Positions 8,395 to 19,279 are shown, counted from the first letter of the stretch. The stretch is DNA of 64,000 bases from an uncultured Gemmatimonadales bacterium (GCA_963850905.1 CAWKMU010000003.1:1504001-1568000); one strand, 5' to 3'. The notes: generated from the sequence alone by a model not told the origin. Numbers and translations are program-made.

Positions 8395-10791
8395 TCAGGC
8401 AATGGAGTCGGCGGCGATCCCCGGGGAGGATACGAGTGGGGCCTGGGGTACGTGTGGCTGCAACCGGGCGACCTTCAGAGCTCGCAGAATGGGCAGGTCC
8501 CAGACGAATGCGGCCGCATAGAGGCCCATCGCGATCAAGTACAGTGCCCTGAACCCCAGGTACATCGAGTTGTACTCCAGCAAGCCCCCGCACATGGCAC
8601 CCAGCAGGTTGACCGCCATGACGCCGGCTATCTCTCCGCCAGAACCGAGCAACGTCGAGAATACAATGCCCGAGGACAACATCGGTATCGTAAGAACAAG
8701 CGCTGTCTCGAGCCGCCCCAACGGCGTGGACGGCAGGCCGCCATTCCGGGCGATGAGCCACCCCAAGCCCAAGCTCGCGAACAGCAGCACGTACGGAACA
8801 GTGGGTCGTTGGATGCGGAGCCATTGGACGATGCAATTGCCAAGGAACGCCATCACGAGTAAGCCAACAATGATGACACCGATGACCTGCCACGAATTGC
8901 CAAACGTCAGGCCCAGTTCCGTAATGCCCTTGGTTTCGACCAACATGAAGCCGGCACCGAGGAAGAAAAACGGGAGGTGGCTGAACTGCGGACGCTCGGC
9001 CACGAAGTTGACGGTGACCAAGAACGACAGCACCACGATCAGGAGGACCACGACCAAGTACGAGAGGGGATACACTCGTCGCGGCATGTAGAAAAACGGC
9101 CAGTCGTCGGTGGAGACATCGGCTCGCAGCGTGGGATCTGCGTACAACGCCGTCTGGTCGTGGAATCCGGTTTGCTGCAGCAATTGATTGGGAAGGCTCA
9201 GATCCCTGTCCTTTGCCTCGAGAAAGATGGTTGACCCATCGTAATCCGTCTTGACACATACCGGAGGATGCCCGTCGAAGGCCTGCTGCATCATCAGGTA
9301 GATCTTTCGGCCCAGCTCGGTGTTGATGACCGCAAACGAGAGCGAGATGATGCCACCGGCCCTGAGGCGCGCTCGTGCGTCGCGCAAGCCTTCGACCGTA
9401 TAGACAAACGAGTCCAGCCGCACGCTCAATGCATGACTGAGCAGCGTGTGAGAATCCAGCAGGCCGTAGATGATCATGTCATACATCTGGTCGGTCGTCC
9501 GCAGGAATGAGCGGGCATCGTTCACAATCGCGCGCACTCGCCGATCCCCGTACGGGTGCTCGGGATGGCTGGTCCTACCGACCATGAGAATCGCAGGGTC
9601 GATCTCAATCGCATCCACGTGTGTTGCGCCCGACCGCAGCGCCGCTGCGACGTCATTGCCCGTCCCCGCGCCCACGACCGCCACGTCGCCGGGGTTCCCA
9701 TAGATCCTGTACGGCAACTCGTAGTAGTCACGGATGCGCTTGAGGTCGGGATCGGAATCGACCGTGCGGTTGGACCGGGCAAGGTCGTGGATGCGCTGGT
9801 AGTACTGCCCGGCGGCGCGCACCACCACCAAGCCTTTTGGTCCCGAGGACAACGCCAGTTCCTGATACGGAGAGTAGATCTTGGCCTGCAAGGGGTCCAC
9901 AGGCCATGCCAGAATCGTGAGCGCCACGAGGGCGGCGCCACCTCCCAGCAGCATGGAAGACGGCTTTCTCACGTAGAACAGCAGTATGCCGAGGAAGCAG
10001 AGCGCGAACCAGACGAGCGGAGGAGTCCACAACCAACTGAGTGCAAGCATCAGCACGACACCGACGAGACTACCCAGCAGGTTCAATCCATAGGCGGCGA
10101 GCGTCTCGCGTCGCCGCATGAGACGACCGCACAACTGCCCGATGGGGATGAAGACGAGCACCGTCAAGAGGAAGATGACGGACAAGAAGAAGTAAATCGC
10201 TGCCCCTTCCGCGACATGGCGCACAGCGGGAGTGCCCATGTTCAGCTGCTCGCGGAATGGCAGGATTCTGAGACTCTGTAACTGGTCGTCATCCATGCCG
10301 AAACGGAGAGCGAACATCAGTCCGAACTGCCATCCAAGCAGGGGGATCACCATGCCGAGAGGAATGCGACGACGGTCAGCCAAGGCATAACCCAGACCCA
10401 GCCCTGCAAAACAGCTGAGCAACGAGACGTTCTTGTAGAAGGCAAAGAACTCGAATATGGTGCCTTGCCAGCGAATGACGGCGAGCTCGAGAAACAGGCT
10501 CAGTGCCGCCGCGCCAACGATTGCAATGCCCGCGTACTTCGGCGAACACGTTTCGAGGAACTCGTCTTGTTCTCGGGCATTCGCGTCGAGACGATCGTGC
10601 AGCCGCTGGACCAGGGCGTCAAATCCGGCTGTGATGACCACCAGCGCCAGAACGACGCACGCCGCCGTGACGACAGGGTTCGAATTGGCGAACGGGCCGA
10701 TACTCTGCCCGCTCCACAACAGCGTCAGCAACGGAACCAGACCGCTTCCCAGAAATGCCCACACCACCAGTCGCGTGAATGACTTCGTCAT
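8395..10791 (-). CDS. Membrane protein fused to a spermidine-synthase-like SAM-binding domain
   Basis: SLFLELAVIRW, AYGLNLLGSLVG, SPYQ, VVGAGTGNDV..AL...VDAIEIDP, DARSFL, TDDWPFFY, FFFLGAGFMLVETK. Confidence 0.8.
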   Translation of the reverse strand: MTKSFTRLVVWAFLGSGLVPLLTLLWSGQSIGPFANSNPVVTAACVVLALVVITAGFDALVQRLHDRLDANAREQDEFLETCSPKYAGIAIVGAAALSLFLELAVIRWQGTIFEFFAFYKNVSLLSCFAGLGLGYALADRRRIPLGMVIPLLGWQFGLMFALRFGMDDDQLQSLRILPFREQLNMGTPAVRHVAEGAAIYFFLSVIFLLTVLVFIPIGQLCGRLMRRRETLAAYGLNLLGSLVGVVLMLALSWLWTPPLVWFALCFLGILLFYVRKPSSMLLGGGAALVALTILAWPVDPLQAKIYSPYQELALSSGPKGLVVVRAAGQYYQRIHDLARSNRTVDSDPDLKRIRDYYELPYRIYGNPGDVAVVGAGTGNDVAAALRSGATHVDAIEIDPAILMVGRTSHPEHPYGDRRVRAIVNDARSFLRTTDQMYDMIIYGLLDSHTLLSHALSVRLDSFVYTVEGLRDARARLRAGGIISLSFAVINTELGRKIYLMMQQAFDGHPPVCVKTDYDGSTIFLEAKDRDLSLPNQLLQQTGFHDQTALYADPTLRADVSTDDWPFFYMPRRVYPLSYLVVVLLIVVLSFLVTVNFVAERPQFSHLPFFFLGAGFMLVETKGITELGLTFGNSWQVIGVIIVGLLVMAFLGNCIVQWLRIQRPTVPYVLLFASLGLGWLIARNGGLPSTPLGRLETALVLTIPMLSSGIVFSTLLGSGGEIAGVMAVNLLGAMCGGLLEYNSMYLGFRALYLIAMGLYAAAFVWDLPILRALKVARLQPHVPQAPLVSSPGIAADSIA

Positions 10792-11064
10792 TGTTATCCG
10801 CGCACCTCACAGGATGGGACAGCCGTCCACGGCCGCCCGGCCGGGCACCTTGCAGCTGCACGGAGCAGACGGTTGCTGGCCCTACGACGAGCGGGTGCTG
10901 GCGTGGGTCAAACGTCGGATGCGTTTCAGCTAGTGCGGTCGGCCGTGGTCCCCACGACGCGCGACCCAACGCCGGACCACTACCCCGAGAGGACAGCCCG
11001 GAGGGAACGGCGGCGAAGGTCGAGGCAGTATGGAGCGAAACGTGGTCTCGCCAGCAGTTCTGGA

Positions 11065-12115
11065 TTACGTGATTCCCAAACTGCGCATATCGCTGCGCAG
11101 CGCATTCAGGAATCCCGCAGGGTTGGTGAAGCACGCGAAATGACCGCCTTCGATGGTGGTGTAAAGTTTCGCTGGCGCACGCACTTGGTTCACGAATGCA
11201 CGCGCCGCCTCGGGCGGGGTTCTGGTGTCATCGCGTCCCTGAATGACAAAGAACGGAACCGGGAAATCGTAGCCGGCCGCCGCGGCGTCGAACTCAAAGA
11301 CAAACCGCATGAGTTTGGTAAGGCAGGCCGGATGGGCCGCCGGATCTGCAGGGTCGGGATTGGAGGCATAAAAATTGGCTGCCGCGGTACTGGCGGGCTT
11401 GTCGGGCGAACCCAATAACGCGCCTCGCCTGATGAGAAAGTCGAGATCCCGATCGGGAAAGGGTGCGTTCCACTTAAACAGGGTGCGGAGCTTGGCCTTG
11501 TCCGCAAGATCAGGCTCACCGAGAGCCGTTAGCTCTGCGACGGATTGGACGTCTCCGGCCGCCTGCGCCCGAGCAACAGCGGACGATCGCATATGTTCGA
11601 TGATGGCTCTGCCATTGACGGGTTGACCCGTACCCACAAAGGCATGGTACAGCTCTGGCCGCAGGCGGGTCACGCTGAGACCCAACATTGCGCCCCAGGA
11701 ATGCCCGACCAGAATTAGCTTGTCCGCCTTCAGACGGCCCAGGATGTATTGAGTGACTTGGACGGCGTCTTGTGCCATCTGCTCCAGGGTCATGTTGGGT
11801 GTCGAGGGCCCATTTTTTCCGAACGTTCTGCCCGAGCCCCGCTGATCCCACTGCGCACACGACGTAGCGTTCCTCCCACGGTGCGAACAACGACAGAAAA
11901 GGCGATTGCGCTTCGCAGGGACCGCCATGCAAAAACAACAGGGCCGTACGGGATCGGTTGCGGCCGCGAATGGCGATCCACTGCTCGATTCCACCGATAG
12001 GCACAAAGCGGTCGTCTGCAATCGGCTCCGGCGCAGCCCAGGCGGCTGGGTCAACAGCGATCGAAGCCAGAACGGCGGTGAGACTGAGGAAACGACGACG
12101 CGTTAGTACGAACAC
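11065..12115 (-). pseudogene. Tat-exported alpha/beta hydrolase (proline-iminopeptidase-like) with one frameshift near 11860 (pseudogene or sequencing error)
   Basis: TRRRFL signal and FLHGGP in one frame; QWDQRGSG, GHSWG, IQGRDD, EGGH in another. Confidence 0.8.
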
Positions 12116-12434
12116 GTGAGCCCCTGAATTTGGTGGAATGTCTGCTCAGACTATTCGATGCCTTTGCGCCCCGTATGCATAGTCCTTCGACATTGGTGGC
12201 CCAGCAATTCATCAATCCTTAGGATTATCAAGCCTTAGATGGAAGGAGGCCTCCAAGCGTTTCAATGACTGGCGCTCCTTGAGGCCAATTTGCCGAAGCC
12301 GACAGCATCAATGCGGCGTCGAATGCCGAAAAGGGTGGTGACCAGTGCCGCGTACAATGCCTCTGGGCTTAGACGACGAGCATTCGCCAATGCGGAGTGG
12401 AATCTGGTACGCCATCTGGAACTAGGAGACGACA

Positions 12435-13043
12435 ATGCGACAGATCATTGCGATTGCATTTGTTTCGCTCGACGGTGTCATGCAAGCGCCTGGCGGCGCA
12501 ACAGAAGATCCGAGCGGGGGGTTCGATCTTGGTGGATGGATCGTGAAATACTCGGATGAGAAATCCGCTGGCGCCGTAATGCGGATGGTCGGCACCCTCG
12601 CCAAGCCGAATGACGTGCTGCTCGGGCGCAAGACATACGACATCTGGGCCGGCCATTGGCCGGATGTCCCCGCGGACACTCCCATCGGGCCTGTGTTCAC
12701 AAAGGCCAACAAGTATGTGATGACAAGCGGCACGAGCACCTTAGGCTGGGCCAATAGCCACCAGCTGCGCAGCATCGACGAACTGAAGAAGGTCAAAGCT
12801 GGTACCGGCGCCGACATTGTCCTGTGGGGCAGTTCGACCCTGCATCCGCAGCTGATGGAGGCCAATCTCATCGACCGCCTTCTGCTGCTGACATTTCCCT
12901 TGACGCTCGGAAAGGGCAAAAGGCTCTTCGGAAACACCACGCATCCAGTCACGATGCAGCTTATGGCGAGCGAAGTGACGTCGACTGGCGTCATCATCGC
13001 GACGTACGACTTGGCGCTTCCCACGTTTTTCAATATGCGCTAG
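12435..13043 (+). CDS. Dihydrofolate reductase family protein (RibD C-terminal-like)
   Basis: FVSLDGVMQAPGG, LLGRKTY, GSSTL, LGKGKRLF. Confidence 0.9.
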   Translation: MRQIIAIAFVSLDGVMQAPGGATEDPSGGFDLGGWIVKYSDEKSAGAVMRMVGTLAKPNDVLLGRKTYDIWAGHWPDVPADTPIGPVFTKANKYVMTSGTSTLGWANSHQLRSIDELKKVKAGTGADIVLWGSSTLHPQLMEANLIDRLLLLTFPLTLGKGKRLFGNTTHPVTMQLMASEVTSTGVIIATYDLALPTFFNMR

Positions 13044-13148
13044 ACATTCGCGCGCGCGCCCAGCGGTATGCAATGTCTCCTGTTAAATAGCTCGCGCGCG
13101 GCCCCGCGGTTGAGCGCATACCAATGATTCACAGCCTTGTACATCAGA

Positions 13149-13733
13149 TCAGGCAGGGACGTACGTCAGCCTAACCGTGTCCTCGGCGACGGGGACGGTC
13201 GCGACAAGGCGGAGCGGCGGTCGGGCACGGGCGAAGTACGGCTTGCCGCGGCCAAGGACGAACGGACGCATGTAGAGACGGTACTCGTCGATAAGACCGA
13301 GGTCGGTGAGGCTCGCCGCCAGATCCGGACCCGCGACGTCGATCTCGCCTTCGATGTCCGCTTTCAGCCGGCGCACGAAGGCTTCGACACCGTCACTCAC
13401 CAGCGTGGCGTTTGGGCCGACCGACTTAAGCGAGCGTGACACGACCCATTTGGGTCGCGCCCGCCACACCTGAGCGAAGTCGCGCTCGACGGCGTCGAAC
13501 TCGGGCCGATCCTCGTCCCAATAGCGCATGATCCCATACATGCGACGTCCATACAACATGCCGGCCAGGCCGCGAACGTGATCGTTGAAGTGACTATGGA
13601 GCCCTTCGCCGGGCGGCGGCAATTCCGTGCCGCCCGCAACAGCGGCGATGTAGCCATCGGACCCCGGGCCGCCCGCAACACCGGCGATGTAGCCATCGAG
13701 CGACTGCATCATTCCGAACACGAGCTTTGCCAT
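13149..13733 (-). CDS. Dihydrofolate reductase family protein (RibD C-terminal-like)
   Basis: MAKLVFGMMQSLDGYI, YGRRMY, PKWVVSRSL, LIDEYRL, LGRGKPYF; real start at ATG 13733 inside a longer called ORF. Confidence 0.88.
   Translation of the reverse strand: MAKLVFGMMQSLDGYIAGVAGGPGSDGYIAAVAGGTELPPPGEGLHSHFNDHVRGLAGMLYGRRMYGIMRYWDEDRPEFDAVERDFAQVWRARPKWVVSRSLKSVGPNATLVSDGVEAFVRRLKADIEGEIDVAGPDLAASLTDLGLIDEYRLYMRPFVLGRGKPYFARARPPLRLVATVPVAEDTVRLTYVPA
13629..13698. repeat. In-frame tandem duplication (31-bp unit, 39-bp period) inside the DHFR-family gene
   Basis: GCCGCCCGCAACA(G/C)CGGCGATGTAGCCATCG at 13629 and 13668; protein reads DGYIAGVAGG-PGS-DGYIAAVAGG. Confidence 0.85.
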
Positions 13734-13822
13734 ACTTCCGCACCCCGCTGGTGGTTCGGAATTGGACCCCGGGTACCCACCAGGCCCGGCGTGACACTTA
13801 GCCCTGCTGTCACCTATCCCTG

Positions 13823-15142
13823 CTACACCGCGCCGCGCCCCTTGAGCTCCAGGTACCGATTCACCACTGCGGCCGTCATCGCCTGCGGCCGTACGTCGAT
13901 CACCGACACGCCGGCCTGACGCATCCGCTCCAACGCTTCCTCGCGCGCCGACAACAGCTCTTCCGCAGCCGCACGCTCGTACACGGCGAGCTGTTTCGTC
14001 GCCCCCGAGTGTGACGCCGCCGTCACCAGCGCCTCGTTGCGCAGCGCCACCACGACCGGAAGGTGATGCCGCGCGCCTCGCGTCGTGTGCGCGATCAGCG
14101 AATACGACGCCCGCGGGTCGATCACATCCGTGTAGAACACGATGAGCGAGCGCTTCCGCTGCCGGCTGTCCAGCGTCCGGAACGCCGTCGCATAGTCGGG
14201 CTCCGTCATCGTCGCCCTGAGCGGAATGAGCGCGGACCGCAGTGCGACGAGCGCGCCCCGACCGCGTTCCGGTGGCACCCACGCGCGGACCTCGTCGTCG
14301 AATGCCAACAACCCCACATGGTCGCCAGACTCGCGCGCGATGTCCGCTAACACCAGTGCCGATGACAACGCGTACTCGAAGCGCGGCAGATCGTCCGCCA
14401 GCTGGGTCATGAGCCGCCCACAGTCGATCACGATCATCACCGTCTGCCCCTGCTCGACGGAGAACTCGCGCGAGATCAGCGTCTGCCGCTTCGCCGATGC
14501 TTTCCAGTCGATGAGCCGCGGATCGTCGCCCAGGGCGTACTCGCGAAGGCCCGCGAAACTCGTCCCCTCGCCACGCCGGCGCATCACCCGCACGCCCGCG
14601 TCTCGCAGCCAATGCTGCATGGCCAGCAGCCGATACCGCCGTACGTTCGCGATCGACGGCGCCACCAAGACATGCTCCTGCGGCCGCCAGCGATAGGTGC
14701 GCGCCATGAGCCCCAACGGCCCGCGCAGCCGTACCGCTATGCGGCCCAGCGGCCACTCCCCACGCTCTCGTCCCTGGAGATCGACCGCCAACGTGGCCGG
14801 CGTCGCGCGGCGCACCACGAACTCCTGTGGCATCGGCGTCTCGCGCCGCACACCCCGCGGCATCTCGTCATACACGGCTCCGTGCACCGCTCCCGGCCAC
14901 TCGATCGTGATGCGGTACGTCGCGCGCACGACATCCCCCACGCCGATCGAAGGCGGTATGTCGCGCGTGACCTCGACCCGCCGGCGACTCGGCAGCGCCG
15001 CCACATCCGCCGTCGCGACCACCAGCACCAACGCCACCACACCGATGCCCGCGACCTGCGGCACCCCCAGCAGCATCGCCAGTACCCAGACCGGGGACAA
15101 CAGCATGAACAGCCAGGCCAGACGGGCGGTCGGCAGTGGCAT
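13823..15142 (-). CDS. DUF58 domain protein (MoxR-associated, VWA-like)
   Basis: GEGTSFAGLREYALGDDPRLIDWKASAK, IDCGRLM, GDHVGLLAFD. Confidence 0.92.
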   Translation of the reverse strand: MPLPTARLAWLFMLLSPVWVLAMLLGVPQVAGIGVVALVLVVATADVAALPSRRRVEVTRDIPPSIGVGDVVRATYRITIEWPGAVHGAVYDEMPRGVRRETPMPQEFVVRRATPATLAVDLQGRERGEWPLGRIAVRLRGPLGLMARTYRWRPQEHVLVAPSIANVRRYRLLAMQHWLRDAGVRVMRRRGEGTSFAGLREYALGDDPRLIDWKASAKRQTLISREFSVEQGQTVMIVIDCGRLMTQLADDLPRFEYALSSALVLADIARESGDHVGLLAFDDEVRAWVPPERGRGALVALRSALIPLRATMTEPDYATAFRTLDSRQRKRSLIVFYTDVIDPRASYSLIAHTTRGARHHLPVVVALRNEALVTAASHSGATKQLAVYERAAAEELLSAREEALERMRQAGVSVIDVRPQAMTAAVVNRYLELKGRGAV

Positions 15143-15150
15143 GAACTACC

Positions 15151-15185
15151 GGGTGACGGGTGACGGGTGACGGGTAACGGGTAAC
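15151..15185. repeat. Heptamer tandem repeat (GGGTRAC)x5
   Basis: GGGTGAC x3 then GGGTAAC x2 in the moxR-DUF58 spacer. Confidence 0.9.
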
Positions 15186-15222
15186 GGCACCTGCACGACC
15201 ACTGTCATTGGTTTACCCACCT

Positions 15223-16338
15223 TCACTGCGGCGCGGGGACGCGCGACAGGATGCCCTGCAAGACGTCGTCCGCGCTCCGACCCTCGACCTCGAGCTCGGG
15301 CGCGACCACCACGCGGTGGCGCAGCACGGCGAGGGCGTAGTCCTTCACGTCATCGGGCGTCACGAAGTCGCGGCCTGCCAACAACGCCGCGCCTCGCGCG
15401 GCGCGAAACAGCATCACGCTGGCGCGTGGTGAGCCGCCAAGGGTCAGGCCAGTGTCCTCGCGAGTCGCACGCACGATGTCCGTCACGTACGCCTGCACTT
15501 CGGGTGCGACTTTCACCATGTCGACCGCCCCTCGCAGCGCGCGGCACCCCTCGGCGTCCAGCAACGGCGCGATCGGATGCTGCGTGAGCCGGTCGGGATC
15601 GAAGCCCGCGGCCTGTCGCGAGAGTATCTCCAGCTCGGACGCCCGGGTCGGATAGCCGACTTTGATCTTCAGGAGGAACCGGTCGAGCTGGGCCTCCGGC
15701 AACGGATATGTCCCCTCGTACTCCACCGGGTTCTGCGTCGCCAGCACGGTGAATAGCTCGCCAAGCGAGCGCCCCACCCCGTCGGTGGTCACCTGACGTT
15801 CCTGCATCGCCTCGAGCAAGGCTGCCTGCGTCTTGGCCGGTGCGCGGTTGATCTCGTCGGCGAGCAACAGGTCGGTGAACACGGGCCCGGGATGAAACTC
15901 GAACTCACGAGTCGTCGCTTGCAGGACGCTCACGCCAGTGATATCCGACGGCATGAGATCAGGCGTGAACTGGATCCGCCCGAATCGCGCGCCCAGGACC
16001 TCGGCGAGCGTGCGCACGAGCAATGTCTTGGCCGTCCCGGGAACGCCCTCGAGCAGGACGTGCCCGCGCGCGATGAACGCGACGAGCGTCTCCTCAATGA
16101 CCTCGTCCTGTCCCACGATCCGTGATGCCACCGCATCCCGAATGCGCTGGAGTGTCAGCGCCAGGCGCTCGATCGCGTCGCGCGTCGCCGGGTCGGACAC
16201 CGCCCAACTGGGCAGAGGCGACGGCGTTCCGGTCGAGCCCGGGCCCCCCGGCGATTCGACTGCGGGCGCCGCGGCCGAGCTGGGTGTGCCATCTGTTGGT
16301 GAGGGGAGCCCGGAGGCAGGAATGGGTGCGTCGGCCAC
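15223..16338 (-). CDS. moxR: MoxR family AAA+ ATPase
   Basis: HVLLEGVPGTAKT, RIQFTPDLMPSDITG, LADEINRAPAKTQAALLEAMQE, ATQNPVEYEGTYPLPEAQLDRF. Confidence 0.96.
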   Translation of the reverse strand: MADAPIPASGLPSPTDGTPSSAAAPAVESPGGPGSTGTPSPLPSWAVSDPATRDAIERLALTLQRIRDAVASRIVGQDEVIEETLVAFIARGHVLLEGVPGTAKTLLVRTLAEVLGARFGRIQFTPDLMPSDITGVSVLQATTREFEFHPGPVFTDLLLADEINRAPAKTQAALLEAMQERQVTTDGVGRSLGELFTVLATQNPVEYEGTYPLPEAQLDRFLLKIKVGYPTRASELEILSRQAAGFDPDRLTQHPIAPLLDAEGCRALRGAVDMVKVAPEVQAYVTDIVRATREDTGLTLGGSPRASVMLFRAARGAALLAGRDFVTPDDVKDYALAVLRHRVVVAPELEVEGRSADDVLQGILSRVPAPQ

Positions 16339-16347
16339 GGCCGATCC

Positions 16348-17718
16348 TCAGTACGGTTTGGAGTGATGGTTGCGATCCCTGCTGCTCGGGAACGCCTTGT
16401 CGATCCGGTCGATGGCCGCGGCCACTTCCAGTAGCTCGCTCGCCTCGATGGTCGTACGCTCAGCCGCCTCGACGCGCTTCACGTCGGATGCAAGCCGAGG
16501 ATGACTGGCCGCGACGGCGGTCAGAAATCGATCGTTCGCGTCCTCGATCCCCGGCCGGCCGGCAGCCCGTGACGACCAACCACCACGGTCATGCCGGCGC
16601 CTAAGTCCTCGCACGAGCCGAGTGACCGCTGTGCGCGTTGCATGGATCCGTTCATAGGCGAGCGCCAATGCATCGACGTGCTCGAGTGCCGACCGACGCT
16701 CGATACCGGGCATGCTGCGAGGTGGAAGCGCCCGTGCGCCCAGAGCCAGCATCAGCACGAGTCCCCCGATGAGGAGTTGCAAGATCGTGTGTCCGACCGG
16801 ATGCGCACCGAGAAAGGCAATGGCAGTCGAAGACGGGTTCGCTTCGTCACCGGCGGATTGGTGGTACTCGTCGAACACGAGCGGTGGCCGGTGCCCATGT
16901 GATGCATACTCGATTGCCGCCACCAGCCGTGGCCCCACGCCCGCACGACAGACGCGCACGACGTCATTGCGCAATGCGTCCGGGTCCGACACCGCGACCA
17001 CGCGCCCGCGACCGAGCGGGTATCCAACGACCGCTGGCAACGTGCCCCCCGAATCACCTGCCGACTCCTGTCCATCCCGCGTCACCGACAGAAAAACCGA
17101 GGTGTCGACGGGCAGGCGCTCATGACTCGATAAGACCGATAGCGAGTCGACGAGATAGTAGAGGTGCACGCCGGCACCGAGCCAGAGCAGAGTGTTCTGG
17201 AGCGTCTGAGGCCTGCACCTCGACGAATCGGCGACCGTCACTGCCAGCGACCCGCCCGCCGAGGAATGGCGCAGCACGAGCGAGTCAGTCAGCGGCCGAT
17301 CCTCGACGACGTAGACGAGCCCAGCGCCGCGTCGGACCGCCTCCAGGAGGACGTGTACTTCGGCGGCCGTCATCCGCCTCGGTCCGCCGAACACCGCATA
17401 CACGGCGTCGCTGTCCAGTGGTTCCCGGAATGGTGTCTCACGGCGGCTGGTCGGCCACCCGAGGCGGCTCGCAACCTCGTACAGACCCTTTGCACCAGCG
17501 GGCCCGGCGGACGTCGTCGTCAGCCGAAGATCCAGGTTGGCGCTGGGCGACTCCGGCGTGAAGAGGATCGCGATGACCATCACCCCGGCAAGAAGCGGCA
17601 ACACGACCCGCGGCCGCAGCACCGTCGCGAGCCAGTCGTCCTGCGGCCCTCCCGGGCTCGCGGCCGCCAATGTGCCACCCGCGGCCGTGTTGGTCCCTCC
17701 GATGGGCGGTGTGGTCAT
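16348..17718 (-). CDS. DUF4350-type membrane protein of the MoxR operon
   Basis: TM helix, GPAGAKGLYE, GRGRVVAVSDPD.L.N, LVFDEYH, second TM; ATG overlaps the upstream stop. Confidence 0.75.
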   Translation of the reverse strand: MTTPPIGGTNTAAGGTLAAASPGGPQDDWLATVLRPRVVLPLLAGVMVIAILFTPESPSANLDLRLTTTSAGPAGAKGLYEVASRLGWPTSRRETPFREPLDSDAVYAVFGGPRRMTAAEVHVLLEAVRRGAGLVYVVEDRPLTDSLVLRHSSAGGSLAVTVADSSRCRPQTLQNTLLWLGAGVHLYYLVDSLSVLSSHERLPVDTSVFLSVTRDGQESAGDSGGTLPAVVGYPLGRGRVVAVSDPDALRNDVVRVCRAGVGPRLVAAIEYASHGHRPPLVFDEYHQSAGDEANPSSTAIAFLGAHPVGHTILQLLIGGLVLMLALGARALPPRSMPGIERRSALEHVDALALAYERIHATRTAVTRLVRGLRRRHDRGGWSSRAAGRPGIEDANDRFLTAVAASHPRLASDVKRVEAAERTTIEASELLEVAAAIDRIDKAFPSSRDRNHHSKPY

Positions 17719-18311
17719 GCCACGGGCGTCAACATGCCGCTGGCCAGCGCATAGAGTCGCTCGTAGCGCTCCTGGTCGCAGATCCCCAACCCATACACGA
17801 CGACCTCGTACAGCCGCGCGAAGTCGCGGAAGCTGGGCACAAGGGCAGACGAGCGCCACCGCAGCTCACGCAGGTAGTCGCCCACCGTCTTGGAGGGATG
17901 CAACCGGAGATCTTCGCGCTGCGCGACGCTCTCCAACAGCGCCGCGTAGAGGGCGTGCGCGGCGTCGGTGTATCGATGCTCCGCTGCGAGCCGTTGCGCC
18001 TCGAGCCACGGGTCGCCCCTGCGCCGCAGGAACCGACGGGTTCCGCTTGCCGATCCCGCGAATTCCGCGGACCGGATGGCGATCACGATGCGCACAATGG
18101 CGAGCACCGCCAGGAGCGCGAGCACTGCGAGCGCGACGGGCCGTGTCGCCGATGACTTCGTGATCGCGCTCAGGACTCGACTGAGCTGCTCCCACAAGTA
18201 GAACATGAGGCGATCCCACAACGACGCGGCGATTGTCCGGTCGTATGCCCGCTGGGCGAACACGGCAGCAACGGTGTCGCGCGCGGCGGTGGTGGCGACC
18301 TGTTGGATCAC
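17715..18311 (-). CDS. DUF4129 domain protein
   Basis: YTDAAHALY..LL, SKTVGDYLREL, F...YEVVVYG; operon position. Confidence 0.8.
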   Translation of the reverse strand: MIQQVATTAARDTVAAVFAQRAYDRTIAASLWDRLMFYLWEQLSRVLSAITKSSATRPVALAVLALLAVLAIVRIVIAIRSAEFAGSASGTRRFLRRRGDPWLEAQRLAAEHRYTDAAHALYAALLESVAQREDLRLHPSKTVGDYLRELRWRSSALVPSFRDFARLYEVVVYGLGICDQERYERLYALASGMLTPVA

Positions 18312-19186
18312 GCGACCTGCGGCGCCGCGGAGGCCTCGAGCGCTCCAGCCATCACTTCGATGTCATACCCTTCTTTGCGGACGCGAAGGTCGTAGTACAG
18401 CAGCAGGAAGGGGATTTGAACGAACGGAAACAACGTGACGATCACGGTCGCCGATCCGATGCGATTCAGGATCGGATGGCCCATGAGCCTGAGCACTGCG
18501 CCGACGCCGAAGTACAAACCCAGATAGAACAGGTAGGCGAGACCAATGAGTCCCACGACGTGCGCACGCAGGCCTTTCGTGAGCTGCAAGGACCGGCGCA
18601 GCGACGCACGTGCCCCCACTTGCTCGAGGACGAGAACCGGCAGGGCAGCGACGAGCGCCGCCATCGTGTAGGCGAATATGCCGATGGCCAACACCACTGG
18701 GACAGCCACGATCGTCACGCGTGAGATCGCCGGTGGAAGGAGTTGCAACCCCAACGCTACAAAGACGACGCTCGGCAACGCCCAGCACAGTGCGGCGAGC
18801 AGGAAAACGCAGAGCTCCAATACGGAAAGGACGAGGACGGCGGGGAGGCGCTGCACCATGCCGCGCAGCGACGCCGGTAATTGGACGTCGCCGCCACCGT
18901 ACGCGTCGGCCCCCGCCAGTGTGAGCGCGACCCCGAGTGTGGCGTGATACCAGACGACCGACAATGCGGTCCATGCGGTGATCGCGGCCAGTGACATTGG
19001 CGCGACTCGACCGGGCTGCCCGAAGGGGACGAGCGACGGGACGGCAACGGTCTGTACGGCGGCGAAGGGGACGTAAAACAGGGCCGTGAGCGCGACCAGC
19101 GGCCCGTAGTGGCGGCGGACCAGTCGCACGGAGGCGTCAAATATCTCGGTAGCCGAACGGGGCCGAGGGACGCCAGGACTCGACAT
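18308..19186 (-). CDS. Integral membrane protein of the MoxR/DUF58 operon
   Basis: RPRSATEIFDASVRL, VLEQ.G..SLRRS..LTKG, LLYYDLRVRKEGYDIE. Confidence 0.8.
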   Translation of the reverse strand: MSSPGVPRPRSATEIFDASVRLVRRHYGPLVALTALFYVPFAAVQTVAVPSLVPFGQPGRVAPMSLAAITAWTALSVVWYHATLGVALTLAGADAYGGGDVQLPASLRGMVQRLPAVLVLSVLELCVFLLAALCWALPSVVFVALGLQLLPPAISRVTIVAVPVVLAIGIFAYTMAALVAALPVLVLEQVGARASLRRSLQLTKGLRAHVVGLIGLAYLFYLGLYFGVGAVLRLMGHPILNRIGSATVIVTLFPFVQIPFLLLYYDLRVRKEGYDIEVMAGALEASAAPQVA

Positions 19187-19279
19187 CGGTTGGGTAGGCG
19201 ACGCGGGAGAGGAGTTCAGAGACACGGAGCCGAACAACTTCGCACGCGCCGTGCGACTTGGCGAGCGCCGGGTGCTGGG

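Noticed and set aside
10810..10933. Protein-like tail (..GCWPYDERVLAWVKRRMRFS*) that may be a gene remnant
   Set aside because: Too short to assign, with no start or recognisable family
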